64,000 nucleotides of DNA from Octopus vulgaris (GCA_951406725.2 OX597819.1:117180001-117244000), one strand, 5' to 3'. Counted from the first letter of the stretch, positions 14,310 through 25,886 are shown. Translations and numbers: made by a program. Notes: a model not told the origin generated them from the letters alone.

Positions 14310-14550
14310 CATGAAACAGAGTGTGACAAGGCTGGCGCTTTGAAATGCAGGTACAGCAGAAAAAGGAATACAGGATGAGAGAAAGTCGTGGTGATAGAGT
14401 ACAGCAGGGTTCATCAACAACCCCTGCTGTGGCCTCGTTAAGCTTTAGGTGTTTTCTCTCAATAAAGACTCACAAAGCCACTTCTGGGTATAAAAACCGC
14501 GATCCTACGACCGCAAGTCCGCTGCCGTGACTAATGGTCCATTGTATCTC
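14310..14550 (-). mobile_element. tRNA-headed SINE, family D (5' part)
   Basis: Degenerate tRNA-like head at ~14490-14550. ACAGAGTGTGAC(A/G)AGGCTGG is shared with 34485-34715. Confidence 0.65.
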
Positions 14551-14755
14551 TACGCTTAGTGAATAATTCACATAAAAGCGTAAAAGAGAAGGCTTGGTTA
14601 ATTGTCGTAAATATTCCCCATTTGTTTTATGTCCAATATTTTCAGTTCATGTTTTTACCTGTTTTTGATTTGTTGACTTCATATTGCTGTAAGAGTAAGG
14701 CACAAATATGGTGTATATGTCCAGTAATGAAATATTTCCCTATATACAGAATATA

Positions 14756-14945
14756 AGGCGACGAGTTGGCAGAATTGTTACCACGCCGAGCAAAATTCTT
14801 AGCTGTATTTTGTCCGTCTTTACGTTCGGAGTTCACATTTGCATTTTGGGATCGATAAAATAAGTACCAGTTGAACACGGGGGTCCATGTAATCAACTTA
14901 CACCACCCCACATCTTGCTGGCGTTGTTACAAAGTTCGAAAGCAA
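14756..14945 (+). mobile_element. SINE family A variant (alternative 3' tail)
   Basis: AGGCGACGAGTTGGCAGAA head and GATAAAATAAGTACCAGTT body; tail GCTGGCGTTGTTACAAAGTTCGAAA. Confidence 0.8.
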
Positions 14946-15194
14946 CATACATGGAATACGCAAATTAGTTTATATAACTATTTTGATAATGTGGGATCCT
15001 ACAGATAGCTCGTTCGTTTTCCCGAGGAAAATCAAAACAAGTGAGACGGCCCTGCTCTGTGTGAACGTGCATATATATATATATATATATATATACATAT
15101 GTACGTGTGTGTGTGTCCGTCCTTTATGTATGTATGTATATGTATGTTTACGCGCGCGCAAGCGCGTGTGTGCTTCTATATTTGTATGTATTCT

Positions 15195-15405
15195 TTTCTA
15201 CTCAAAGCGCAAGGCCCGAATTATTTTGGGGACGAGGCCAGTCGAGTAGATCGACCGCAGTATGCAACTGATACTTAATATTACGACCGCGAAAGGATGA
15301 AACGCAGAGTCTGCCTCGGTGGAATTTGAACTCAGAACGTAACGGCAGACGAAATGCCACTACGCATTTCGCCCGGTGTGCTATCGTTTCTGCCTCCTCG
15401 CCGCC
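15195..15405 (-). mobile_element. SINE family A variant (third tail type)
   Basis: Same head and body as family A; tail GGGCCTTGCGCTTTGAGTAGAAAAG. Confidence 0.85.
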
Positions 15406-15736
15406 TGTGCACTTGTATATATTGGATTTTCTAGGATTTTATGTTCTACGCCTGCAGCATATTTTATGTCTGAATTAGCGGTGACGGCCATAACAGTAAG
15501 TTGGGGTTTCAACTCAACCCAATATGCAAAAACAATGCGACTTTCCTAAACGTGTCTTTTATCAATAAAAAGTTACTGATGGTGTTCATTGCAAAATTTA
15601 ACGACATTAACATTAAGAATTATTCATAAACACAAACTGTGTAGACCATAAGCACACATACACATATATCCATATTTATATGCAATCAATAGAGAGACGA
15701 AGATATGTATGTTGCTTTTATAATATAAATACATAC

Positions 15737-15785
<49 letters not shown>

Positions 15786-16699
15786 GATCTGCATGTGAAT
15801 ATATATGCAGTGTGGTTTAACCTTCTTTGAGCGTTGCTATTCCGGTTTGTAGATACACATTAGTCTTATAGTTAAGCGTATGAATATGTAAGAAATACGT
15901 TCTTTCATATCATTTTCCTAAATTGTATCTGGCGTACTTTTGATAATTAATGTCCAATATACGTTTCCTCATTTTAAAGACATTTTCTCCGGAATTCTTA
16001 CATAAGTATAACCGCCTGTCTGACGATCGGTTTTATTTAGCTATCGGTATGTAATCCAATTTACTGCGTATGTCTTGCAAAAGATATTTGAAGAAGCATT
16101 GACTTAACTAATATTGACTAATAAGAATATATGACATATTCCCCTCATCTACAACAAATCAACTCTTCGTCTGAATTCTTTATGCCTATAAATTTTTTAG
16201 TGTTTTCTTATACTCTATCCAATATATCTACCACTGTCTATTTTAAACTTTCGCGTAAACTAGGGATTACTATTGGAATCTGATCTCCTACTCGAAACGA
16301 CGTTAATGTTTCTTTGCATAGGTTATATATTAAGCGAAGCTGAAAGTAGATTCTGACAAACAAAGCTGCAATAAAAATCAATGAACTAATTCGAATAAAC
16401 ATCGTATTCTTATATTTTCTAAAATATTGGTCGATTGTTAACTGCAGAATTCTGTCGACATTCTCTGTTGATAATCTTCAATCGATGTATTTAACATAAC
16501 TTACTATTATTCTATGAAATTCGATACAATGTTCATGGTAATTCTTCACTTCATCAAATAAAAATGTTCGCCTGCTTCTCAACCCATATATTTCATTATT
16601 GACCGTTTTACTTCAATAGGTTTTCAAATATATCTTGCAGATTGTTATTATATTCGTTACTTCTGTACACACAAAGCCACACTCAGACATAAAAATGTG

Positions 16700-17107
<408 letters not shown>

Positions 17108-17819
17108 GCTCATGCGCATGATTGAATGACAGGTGGAAATTTCCGGTTTCATATTTCCAATAAAGATTTTTCTGTAGGCAATACTCAGAAGACGAATGGT
17201 TTCCATCGAGTTGACAAACTTTGAAGCACTTGAAGATGATATAGATTCACGCTGTGATGTATATGATCGGACATTAAGTGACACATCTGCTTAGTCATTC
17301 ATTAACAATATATAAGCTTCTGAAGCATGAAAAAGATCAGGGGTGGGGGATTATTTCAAGTGATATTTCCTGAGTTTCTGTCAATGTGTTTGGCTATACC
17401 GTTAATATATCTCCCGTGAACGTCGACTTGGTAAACATATTTTCCGCACAATTAAGACTAGGGCGATACCTTGAATAGAGATAATCATGATATTATGACA
17501 CATGAATAAATACACACAGACACACTCACATGCACACACTCATACACAGCAAGACACTCACGTAGACACACACAATCAAGCTAACAGTAAAATACACATT
17601 GTCACATATCCATCAAGTTTAATTGATGAAAAACCTCCACAATACATACCTTATGTTTTGTAAACTATACTATAAAGGCCTATTTTGCCTTACTTCGAAA
17701 CAAGCATGTAAGCCAATCAACACGTGATGTAAAAGACAAAAGAATGCACAAACAATAAGAGCCAAACTTTGTCACGTATAGCTTTTGCAAAACAAATACA
17801 TAAATGTATATCATTTACC

Positions 17820-18240
17820 TTTTACTTTGTCAGTCATCAAACTGCGACCATGCGACGGCACCGCCCCGAATGTTTGTTTTTAACAGTATAGTAATTATTC
17901 TAGCATTATCCTCATATGTTTTCCCAAGCCGCTATGTTTAAAATGATTTAAACAACCCAACACCGGTTGTCAGGCGATGGAGTCGGAGAAACACAAAGAG
18001 CACAACAAAAACAAACAAATCCATTCTCGCTGTCAGATACTGACACACAAACAAGTAAACATACACGGTTTATAGATATGTGGCCAGGTATGGCTGTATG
18101 TTAAGACGCTTGCTGGTCGACCACACAGTTCTCATTTCAGGCCTATTCCTTGACAAGTTGACCAAATGTCTTCCACTATTGCTCGATGCCGATCAGTACC
18201 TTGTGAATGGATATGGCCGACCGAAGCCCACCATATATGT
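17820..18240. mobile_element. Two degenerate SINE family B fragments (3' part on minus ~17820-18000; head on plus ~18080-18240)
   Basis: GTCAGTCATCAAACTGCGACCATGC and TGGCTGTATGTTAAGACGCTTGCT...AAATGTCTTCCACTAT match family B. Confidence 0.6.
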
Positions 18241-18944
18241 CTGTTTGTGTGCGTGAGGGCATATCAATATATAAGTGGACACAAAATACAGATAAATATA
18301 TGTTCATACATACTTATAGAAATACATACACACATATCTATGTATATCTGTGTATGTATGTACGTATATAAATGATTATAATTCTTCCAGCTGTATCTTC
18401 TTGAATTACATCTATATATTATATATTCGTAATCAGATGTTTACTTTTAAATGAGAAAAAGATTCATACAAGCTGAAATTCCTAGCGAAATATAATACTC
18501 GACGAGTAAATATGTATGAAACAAAGCAGGGAATTAGTGATATAATATCAATGCATTACGTACAATACATTTTGACGTGGCAAATACATTTTCTAAATGT
18601 AAATTCTAAAATTCATTTCAACTGTAAGCAGAAGGTTAGTCGAATGCAACGACCCCAACATAACGAGAAAATATAAACATCTCTACACATCAGGTGAAAA
18701 ACAACGCATCCAGCAGGGCATGTACAAATGTTCACATTTATAAATCAATGAAAGGGGGCTTCTCATGTTCGTCTACGCCGCACGTTTATTGTCGGAAAAA
18801 TTCAGCACTGAATATATTCCAGTTTTGTATATATATATATATATAATTCAAATTTATTCAGCAAAATAAAAAAAAAAAAAAGACGAAGACAGGTGTGTGA
18901 ACAACAAGCAGATATATTAATCTGATGCTCGAGAAAATTAGAAA

Positions 18945-18982
18945 CTCCCTACGTTTCGAGCCTACGTTGTTCGACAGAAAGG
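18945..18982 (-). ncRNA. Degenerate PLE-type hammerhead-like motif
   Basis: Minus strand: cuuu-CUGUCGA-acaacguaggcuc-GAAACGUA-ggga. The core deviates from CUGANGA and stem II is broken. Confidence 0.35.
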
Positions 18983-19050
18983 AATAAGCAGAAATACACA
19001 CAGAGAGAATAAAAAGAATGTGTAAATTTCAACGGTGCAACATCGCCTAT

Positions 19051-19872
19051 ATATTACTCATAAAATACAGTGTACATTGATACACATAAGGAATCTACTC
19101 GTGGTATTCAACACGCTAAAAAGAACAGCTTGTTTCTATAACCACAAAAATTAGGGATAAAATCCGACAGGAAGTAATGAGAAAACAAAAACATTTACCA
19201 TCTAGATTCCTGGACCAATTGGTTTCTGATTTTAGTATAGCAAATAAATAATATTCGCTAGGTGAAATATTCTTCAACAGGTACACCTTAGATTAAATAT
19301 ATAAAATACGAGGCGATTAATTATGTGCCTGTTGTTTGTACATCCTAATTTTTTTCAAAATCTACTGCGCAGATGCAGCCCCTCACCGGCAATGAAAAAT
19401 GCTAACTTTTAAAATCCGAAAATTGTTCAAAAACTTACAATACCTTATCATATCGAAGGGAAATGAAAATTAATAGAAATTTTCACTTCAAGTGGCCTAG
19501 CGTGTAAAAATTTTGTCCAAAGACTATGTATTACTCATAAAATACAGTGTACATTGAAACACATAAGGAATCTACTCGTAGGATTCAACACGCTAGAAAG
19601 ACCAGCTACGTTCTATAAACACAAAAAGTAGGGATAAAACCCGACAGGAACGAAATGAAAAAATAAAAACTTTTACCATCCTGATACCTGGACCAAAAGT
19701 GGTTATATAACCTAGCTGTTCTTTCTAGCCTGTTGAATCCCACGAGTAGATTCCTTATGTGTTTAAACGTACACTGTATTTTATGACTAATACATAGTCT
19801 TTTGGACTAAATTTTTACACGCTAGGCCACTGGAAGTGAAAATTTCTATTAATTTCCATTTCCCTTCGAGAT
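19051..19872. repeat. Direct plus inverted repeat complex
   Basis: 19051-19215 is repeated directly at ~19530-19695. ~19453-19608 is inverted at ~19712-19869 with only about 10 mismatches. Confidence 0.9.
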
Positions 19873-19919
19873 GATTACATATATATATATAGGACAGCTG
19901 CTAATCACATGCGTAATGC

Positions 19920-20417
19920 CTTCCACAGAAAGATGACAGACTACAGATGCGGTTGCATTATGGGATTACAAGAACATCACTGTGTCTCTTACTCACCAGG
20001 TACTTTGTGGGAATCCCCTGTTCCTGTATTGCTAACACAAATACTTCAACTTGTGATGTGATGTAGTGGACTTCTTCAAGCTTCCGGGCAACATAACCTT
20101 GCATGGTCCTTTTTTGTATGCTGAGTTCTATCCATCACTTCTTCCCTGATGCAAGAGTGCCCAGCTGTTTGGGGGTTGCATAGGAGATTATTAGTAAGAT
20201 AGTGTTTCTTGAGAATTTCCCTGCCAACTCGTACAATTTTGTTCACTTTCCAGCACTGCATCAATATATTTTGCTGCTGTTATTTAGGAGGTGCTGCCTG
20301 AGTGATATCAAAATACATTCGAAGGCCACCTGTACCGGTCTCAAGCCTCTACCACCTTCATTTCATCATATGTAGAACTTCTCAACATGGCTGTTTCTGT
20401 GGAAGTTCCCAGTTGTT
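19920..20417 (-). pseudogene. Old R4/Dong-type LINE fragment; continues at 22709-22760 beyond the inserted elements
   Basis: TGNFHRNSHVEKFYI..NEGGRGL and LAIQEQGIPTKYL. The upstream continuation DIKTRKILTT is on the minus strand at ~22715-22748. Confidence 0.75.
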
Positions 20418-20646
20418 ACAGTTCTATATTAAAGAGATGAGGAATTACGTGCATTATTTACATTATTTACGTTCAACGAATATTTGTCCTCATCTTGTTT
20501 GTTGTTAACGTTTCGGCTGACATACCCTTCAGCATTCTTAATGTGTCTTGGGGAAATTCTTCAGATGTCTTGGGGAAGTTCTCATTCCTAAGGTATTTTT
20601 CAATGTTCTTCTGTTTCTTCTTCTTCTTCTTCTTCTTCTTCTTCTT

Positions 20647-20740
<94 letters not shown>

Positions 20741-20741
<1 letters not shown>

Positions 20742-22373
20742 TTTTTTTTCTTCTTTCAAATTTTCTTCCATTTCTTGCCGAGTGTCTTCCCGACTCCTAG
20801 GGCAAAGAAACTCATAGTGTATATTGGTAGGCCATTAAACCAAACTCAGTAGTTCGTTCATTTTTTTTTTTTTTTTTTTTTTTAAAGTTAAATTAAAATA
20901 CATGAGCAGCAACAGTTCTCACATCGACAATGCTCTTCTCAATACGTGTGATGTACCAGTTAAGACAATCTTTTGCACTTCTTGCAGGGATGGTAAGCCA
21001 GGGATCATTCTCATATAATTTTCGGTTCCCTTCTTGATCATTCCTAGTGCTCCTACGATCACTGGTATTGTAACCGCCTTGAAATGCCACATTTTCTCAA
21101 TTGCAATGAGTAGGTCTTTATATTTTCTGAGCTTGTCAAACTCTTTCGCTGAGATATTATGATCACAGGGGATGCTCATGTCGATCAATAAGCAAACTTT
21201 ATTGTTTTGGTCTTTCACAACAATATCTGGTTTATTGGCCTTGATGGTTCGGTCTGTATGTACTGGAAAGTCCCACAGAATGGTTACATTTTCTCCTTCA
21301 GTTACAGCCTCAGGGTGGTGATTATACCACTTGTCGGCAGTTTTGATATTGTAATGCCGACTTATTAGCCAGTGGAGATATTGGCCAACTCTGTCATGTC
21401 TTAATTTATACTCCACTGGTGCTAAAACTTTACATCCAGAGATTAGGTGGTCCACTGTTTCAATCATGTTGCAGAATCGGCATTTTGGGTCTGCTCCATT
21501 TTTCATCACATTGGCCTGGTAGTTCCGGGTTAATAGGCTTTGGTCTTGAGCAGCCAGGATGAAACCTTCACTCTCTGCTTTTAGCCCTGAGCTCCGCAGC
21601 CACTGATGGGTTTGCTTCTGGTCAACATCAGCTTGTTTGCTGCGGGTCACATATTTGCCGTGCAGAGGTTTCTCCTCCCACCTATCAGCCAATTGCTCGT
21701 GCGCTTTTTTCATTGCCATCATTTTCACCTTCTTTGCAACAATAGTTGCCGTACTTCCCTCGGGTTGTTCAGTTTGGGTATCCTGCACGAGATCAATAGC
21801 AAATTTTTTGCTTTCCTTGATGATAGAATGAAGCTTCTTTCGTCTCTCGTGATTTTCCACGAGCTTTAGCATCCAGTCATTCGATATTTCGAGATATTTG
21901 GCCAGTCCAACTGTGGTTGTTTTGTAAGCTAGTTCAAATTGGATCAGGCCTCGACCTCCTTGGGCTCTGGGAAGGTAAAGGCGATCTACGTCTGCCTTTG
22001 GGTGGTGCATCCTATTACAACTCAGCAGCTTGCGTATTTTTCTATCTATATTCTTTACTTCACTCATATTCCAGTTCAACACATTGTAGCTATAAGTAAC
22101 GACTGGAACTGCTAGGGAATTTATAGCTAACACCTTGTTACGTGCATTTAGTTCAGATTTCAGGACTGCACGAACTCTCCTATAACATTCCTTCCTGATC
22201 TTCTCTTTCATGCTTGCATGCTGAATACCAGAGCCTTCATTTATCCCTAAATATTTGTATGTTTGTTCTTGCTCAAGCTCTCTTATGACTGTGTCAACAT
22301 CTAACACGACTGAATTTGTGGTCTTCACTTTCCCTTTCTGGAAAGTGGCCTTGGCACACTTCTCAAGTCCAAA
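20741..22373 (-). mobile_element. Young 5'-truncated R4/Dong-clade RLE LINE inserted in (TAA)n
   Basis: (TAA)n on both sides (to 20740; from 22374). 3'UTR 20741-20918 contains an internal poly(A). Confidence 0.93.
20919..22373 (-). CDS. C-terminal part of an RT-RLE polyprotein (RT domain 7/thumb, CCHC knuckle, PD-(D/E)xK endonuclease); no start codon, 5'-truncated
   Basis: Open frame from FGLEKCAK through YKYLG, DVDRLYLPRAQGGRGL, WEEKPLHGKY, CRFC-x6-DHLISGC, RHD and KPDIVVKD...LIDMSIP...KLRKY to the stop at 20919. Confidence 0.93.
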   Translation of the reverse strand, partial: FGLEKCAKATFQKGKVKTTNSVVLDVDTVIRELEQEQTYKYLGINEGSGIQHASMKEKIRKECYRRVRAVLKSELNARNKVLAINSLAVPVVTYSYNVLNWNMSEVKNIDRKIRKLLSCNRMHHPKADVDRLYLPRAQGGRGLIQFELAYKTTTVGLAKYLEISNDWMLKLVENHERRKKLHSIIKESKKFAIDLVQDTQTEQPEGSTATIVAKKVKMMAMKKAHEQLADRWEEKPLHGKYVTRSKQADVDQKQTHQWLRSSGLKAESEGFILAAQDQSLLTRNYQANVMKNGADPKCRFCNMIETVDHLISGCKVLAPVEYKLRHDRVGQYLHWLISRHYNIKTADKWYNHHPEAVTEGENVTILWDFPVHTDRTIKANKPDIVVKDQNNKVCLLIDMSIPCDHNISAKEFDKLRKYKDLLIAIEKMWHFKAVTIPVIVGALGMIKKGTENYMRMIPGLPSLQEVQKIVLTGTSHVLRRALSM

Positions 22374-22374
22374 C

Positions 22375-22435
<61 letters not shown>

Positions 22436-22455
22436 GTTATTATTATTATTATTAT

Positions 22456-22520
22456 GACGTAGTGGTTAAAGAGCGCGGGCTACTAACCCCAAGATTCCGA
22501 GTTCGATTCCAAGCAGTGAC
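22456..22520 (+). promoter_or_regulatory. tRNA-like internal Pol III promoter (A and B boxes) of the HHR element
   Basis: GTAGTGGTTAAAGAGCG (A-box/D-arm like), GGG-CTACTAA-CCC anticodon-like arm, GAGTTCGATTCC (B-box, 22499-22510). Confidence 0.75.
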
Positions 22521-22600
22521 CTCAACAACAACAACAATAATAATAATAATAACATCGAAAATACCTTAGGAATGAGAACACAGACTCGAAATTTCCCCAA

Positions 22601-22646
22601 GACACTTGATGAAAGCTGGAGGGTATATCAGCCGAAACGTTGTGTT
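22601..22646 (+). ncRNA. Minimal type I hammerhead ribozyme motif (C3U in this copy)
   Basis: GACAC-UUGAUGA-a-AGCUG gaggguauau CAGCC-GAAAC-GUU^-GUGUU. Stem I GACAC/GUGUU, stem II GCUG/CAGC, palindromic ACGU stem III. The other arms give CUAUUGA and CUGAAGA, so the consensus is CUGAUGA. Confidence 0.75.
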
Positions 22647-22807
22647 AAGAACAACCAAGATGAGGACAAATATCCGTCAAATTTAAATAATGTAAATAAT
22701 GTAAATAATTCCCAGTTGTTGTCAGGATTTTTACGCGTTTTGATATCTGTGGAATGGTTTTTCCCCTACAGACAAGTTTATATATGTTTGTATGTATGTA
22801 CATATAT

Positions 22808-22950
22808 AAGGGCGCATGACCTTGTGATTAGGGTTTGGCCCTCATAATCCCGTGTTCAGTTTTTAGACTGGGTGGTGCGTTATGTTCTTTAGCAGAGCGC
22901 ATCATCTCATGTCGCTTTGCGATCACTCCCACACCTGCCACGTGGTTCAG
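22808..22950 (+). mobile_element. Degenerate tRNA-headed SINE 5' fragment
   Basis: GGCGCATGACCTTGTGATTAGGG head, resembling the head of 27826-28195. Confidence 0.45.
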
Positions 22951-23619
22951 CGCTGTGTAGGTATGTATGTAAGTATGTATGCAACTGTATCTGTATAAAT
23001 GTAAATATGCATTGCTTACAGATCATCCGTATTCCTAATACTTATAACCTCTATGTAAATGCTAAAAGTTATCACTTTAAACCATGTCTTTCTAATGGCA
23101 TTTGAGTATACGAACATTTCTTGTATATGACATAAATCAACGAGTACTATTAAAAGAAACCTCGACTTGATCAGCACCCATATATGTGTACGCGTGTGTG
23201 TGTGTGTGCATACACACATGTATTAAGGGCAGACAAACGCACACATATATACGTGGTGTATTTATATATATATATACACGTAAACATAGATACGCGCTAA
23301 AATATAAGCAGACACTGTGCGGCTTCAAACATCTTTCTGAATTTTGCAATAACTGAAACTTTATAGATACAAGATTAAAACGCGCTACTTAAGTGGTAAC
23401 ATACATTATGCTGTCTACTTGCAGCTTCATTAAGATGTAAATTATTGCCATAAATCGGTGTAGTAAAGATTGATTGAGAAGATATCACAGTTGTAGACTA
23501 ACATTTGTTGAAATATACATAATGTAGAGAGTAAATATAATTGATATAATATATTCCCCATTGAACTGTAAACAGCAGTAGAAAAGTAACGGAGCTACAG
23601 TTAAAGAACTTCGGAGAAA

Positions 23620-23683
<64 letters not shown>

Positions 23684-23725
23684 GCAGACATACGCGCGTG
23701 CATATAGATACAGACATTTATGCTT

Positions 23726-23782
<57 letters not shown>

Positions 23783-23942
23783 ATGGTTGTATACTGTCAG
23801 TCTAACACAACGTGACAGTAGGGGGTACACCACTGCTGTTTAGCCCTAGGAAGCATCGACGCCACCTGATGGCTTTGACACATTTTCCCTGTGTCCTTAT
23901 ATACATTTACGAAGGGGAGACAAACACCCCCAGTCGCCCGGG

Positions 23943-23998
23943 GCTGCATCTAGGGACACGTGTTTCAGGATGATTGTCCTTCATCGGCCTAGAGCAGC
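23943..23998 (-). ncRNA. Type I hammerhead ribozyme motif (U4C variant) within a ~220-bp GC-richer segment (23815-24035)
   Basis: GCUGC-UCUAGG-CCGAUGA-AGGA caauca UCCU-GAAAC acgu GUC^-CCUAGA-u-GCAGC; all three stems pair. Confidence 0.8.
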
Positions 23999-24036
23999 AG
24001 ACACCGGTCAGCTGACGATATTTGTCTCGACTCGTA

Positions 24037-24102
<66 letters not shown>

Positions 24103-24658
24103 CCATAATCATATGTTACACACACATGCACATATATGTGGGTAAAGCACTTCTGTAAAATAAGCGTGTAGAATAGAAATATATTCATCAGTTATCCATT
24201 TATGTATGTTTGATTTCTATTTGTGGGACACGAGGAAATACGTCGGGCCCTTTATTGTGATGATCATTATTTTCATAAGGTACCGGTCTCTTCAATTCTG
24301 GTGTTAAATGTCTTTGCTCGTGTAGTATTTCGTACTTTTTGTGGATCAAGTGTAAACTACGTACATCACGTTTATTATCATTGCGCTGAATATTCCGGGT
24401 ATTATCCAATTTATTTTTCATTAATTATTGTATGGTATTTGGAGATGATATACAGTTAAAATATATTTCATTTGGAAAATAGAAATAAATTTTAATGAGA
24501 ATTACTTACTTGGATATAGTCCAACAATTTGTGAGTTGGTTTAGGTTCCATTTCTTTTCTTTATTCCCGATGTTTTTGTATAGATTTCGGAGAACTGTTT
24601 TATCGTTTTGGCATGTTAAACATCCCCAGTGTTGTTGTTGTAGTAGTTGTTGTTGTGG

Positions 24659-24759
<101 letters not shown>

Positions 24760-24935
24760 AGCAGAATCTGTAGTACCTCGGACAAAATGTTTGACATCAT
24801 TTCGTCCGTCTTTACGTTCTGAGTTCAAATTCCACCGTTGTAGACATTGATTTCAAGTACAATTCAAACATTAGGATCGATGTCATCGACTCATCCCCTC
24901 CCCCAAAATGCTGACCTAATGTTAAAATTTGAAAC

Positions 24936-24937
<2 letters not shown>
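24760..24937 (+). mobile_element. SINE family A variant ending in (ATT)n
   Basis: TTTACGTTCTGAGTTCAAATTCC; tail AAAATTTGAAACC followed by (ATT)n. Confidence 0.75.
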
Positions 24938-25002
<65 letters not shown>

Positions 25003-25005
<3 letters not shown>

Positions 25006-25691
25006 TAGTTTTATTTTTATAGCGTGCTTTCACTTCACTTCCGAGCACAGCTCTGTGTGCCTTGGGTATGTGTTGTGATTTGTTGTGATGCTCTGATGGT
25101 TATTGTATGGAAAGTGTTCTGCGTAGGATGTGTACAGTGCCTAGTAGTGCAATTTTCTGTATGTTATATGTGTTTGTAAGTCCTGGTGTTTTTGTTATGT
25201 ATTTGTCTGAATATTTTTTTATCATGCCTAATGCACCTACTATGATAGGAATTGTTTCTGTTTTCAGATTCCACATTCTAGTTACCTCTATTTCCAGGTC
25301 TTTGTATTTTGAGAGTTTCTCCATTTCTTTTAGAGACACGTTGTCATCAGCCGGTATTGATACATCAATTAGAAAGCATTTCTTTTCTTCATGATCTCTG
25401 ACAACTATATCTGGTCTGTTGGCCTTAATTTCTCTATCTGTGTGTATCGGCATATCCCAGAGTATGGTTGCTTTCTCGTTTTCTGTGACCTTTTCTGGTG
25501 TGTGCCTATACCATCTTTTTTCTGTTGTTATTCCATAATGTTGGCATAGCTTCCAATGTATGTAGGTTCCAACTCTGTGTCATGTCTGTGAATATGTTCC
25601 TTCTTAGCCAAGACTGGGCAGCTAGAGATAATATGATTTATTGTTTCTTGTCCATCTCCACATATTCTGCAGTTACTTGTAATATTTCTTT

Positions 25692-25694
<3 letters not shown>
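25003..25694 (-). mobile_element. Second R4/Dong-type LINE 3' fragment (different family) in (TAA)n
   Basis: CRICGDGQETINHIISSCPVL, HRHD, ILWDMPIHTDREIKANRPDIVVRD, LIDVSIP, KLSKYKDL; one frameshift; (TAA)n on both sides. Confidence 0.92.
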
Positions 25695-25723
<29 letters not shown>

Positions 25724-25748
25724 GTTATTATTATTATTATTATTATTA

Positions 25749-25845
<97 letters not shown>

Positions 25846-25886
25846 CAGCAGTAGTAGTAGTAATAGTAGTAGTAGTAGTAGTTATA

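Larger units (their letters stand above)
20418..22708. mobile_element. tRNA-headed HHR element, copy 2: inverted arm (20418-20740, 22374-22455) plus forward arm (22456-22708), bounded by a 12-bp TSD
   Basis: TTCCCAGTTGTT at 20406-20417 and 22709-22720. The arms are reverse complements of each other and homologous to 5953-6502. Confidence 0.85.

Noticed and set aside
19051-19695. CRISPR-like or regularly spaced repeat array
   Set aside because: There are only two long direct copies, no short repeat-spacer periodicity and no cas genes, in a eukaryotic context.
22456-22520. Genuine tRNA gene
   Set aside because: No acceptor stem or poly-T terminator, and it is fused to repeat sequence in both copies. 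The same applies to the other SINE heads.
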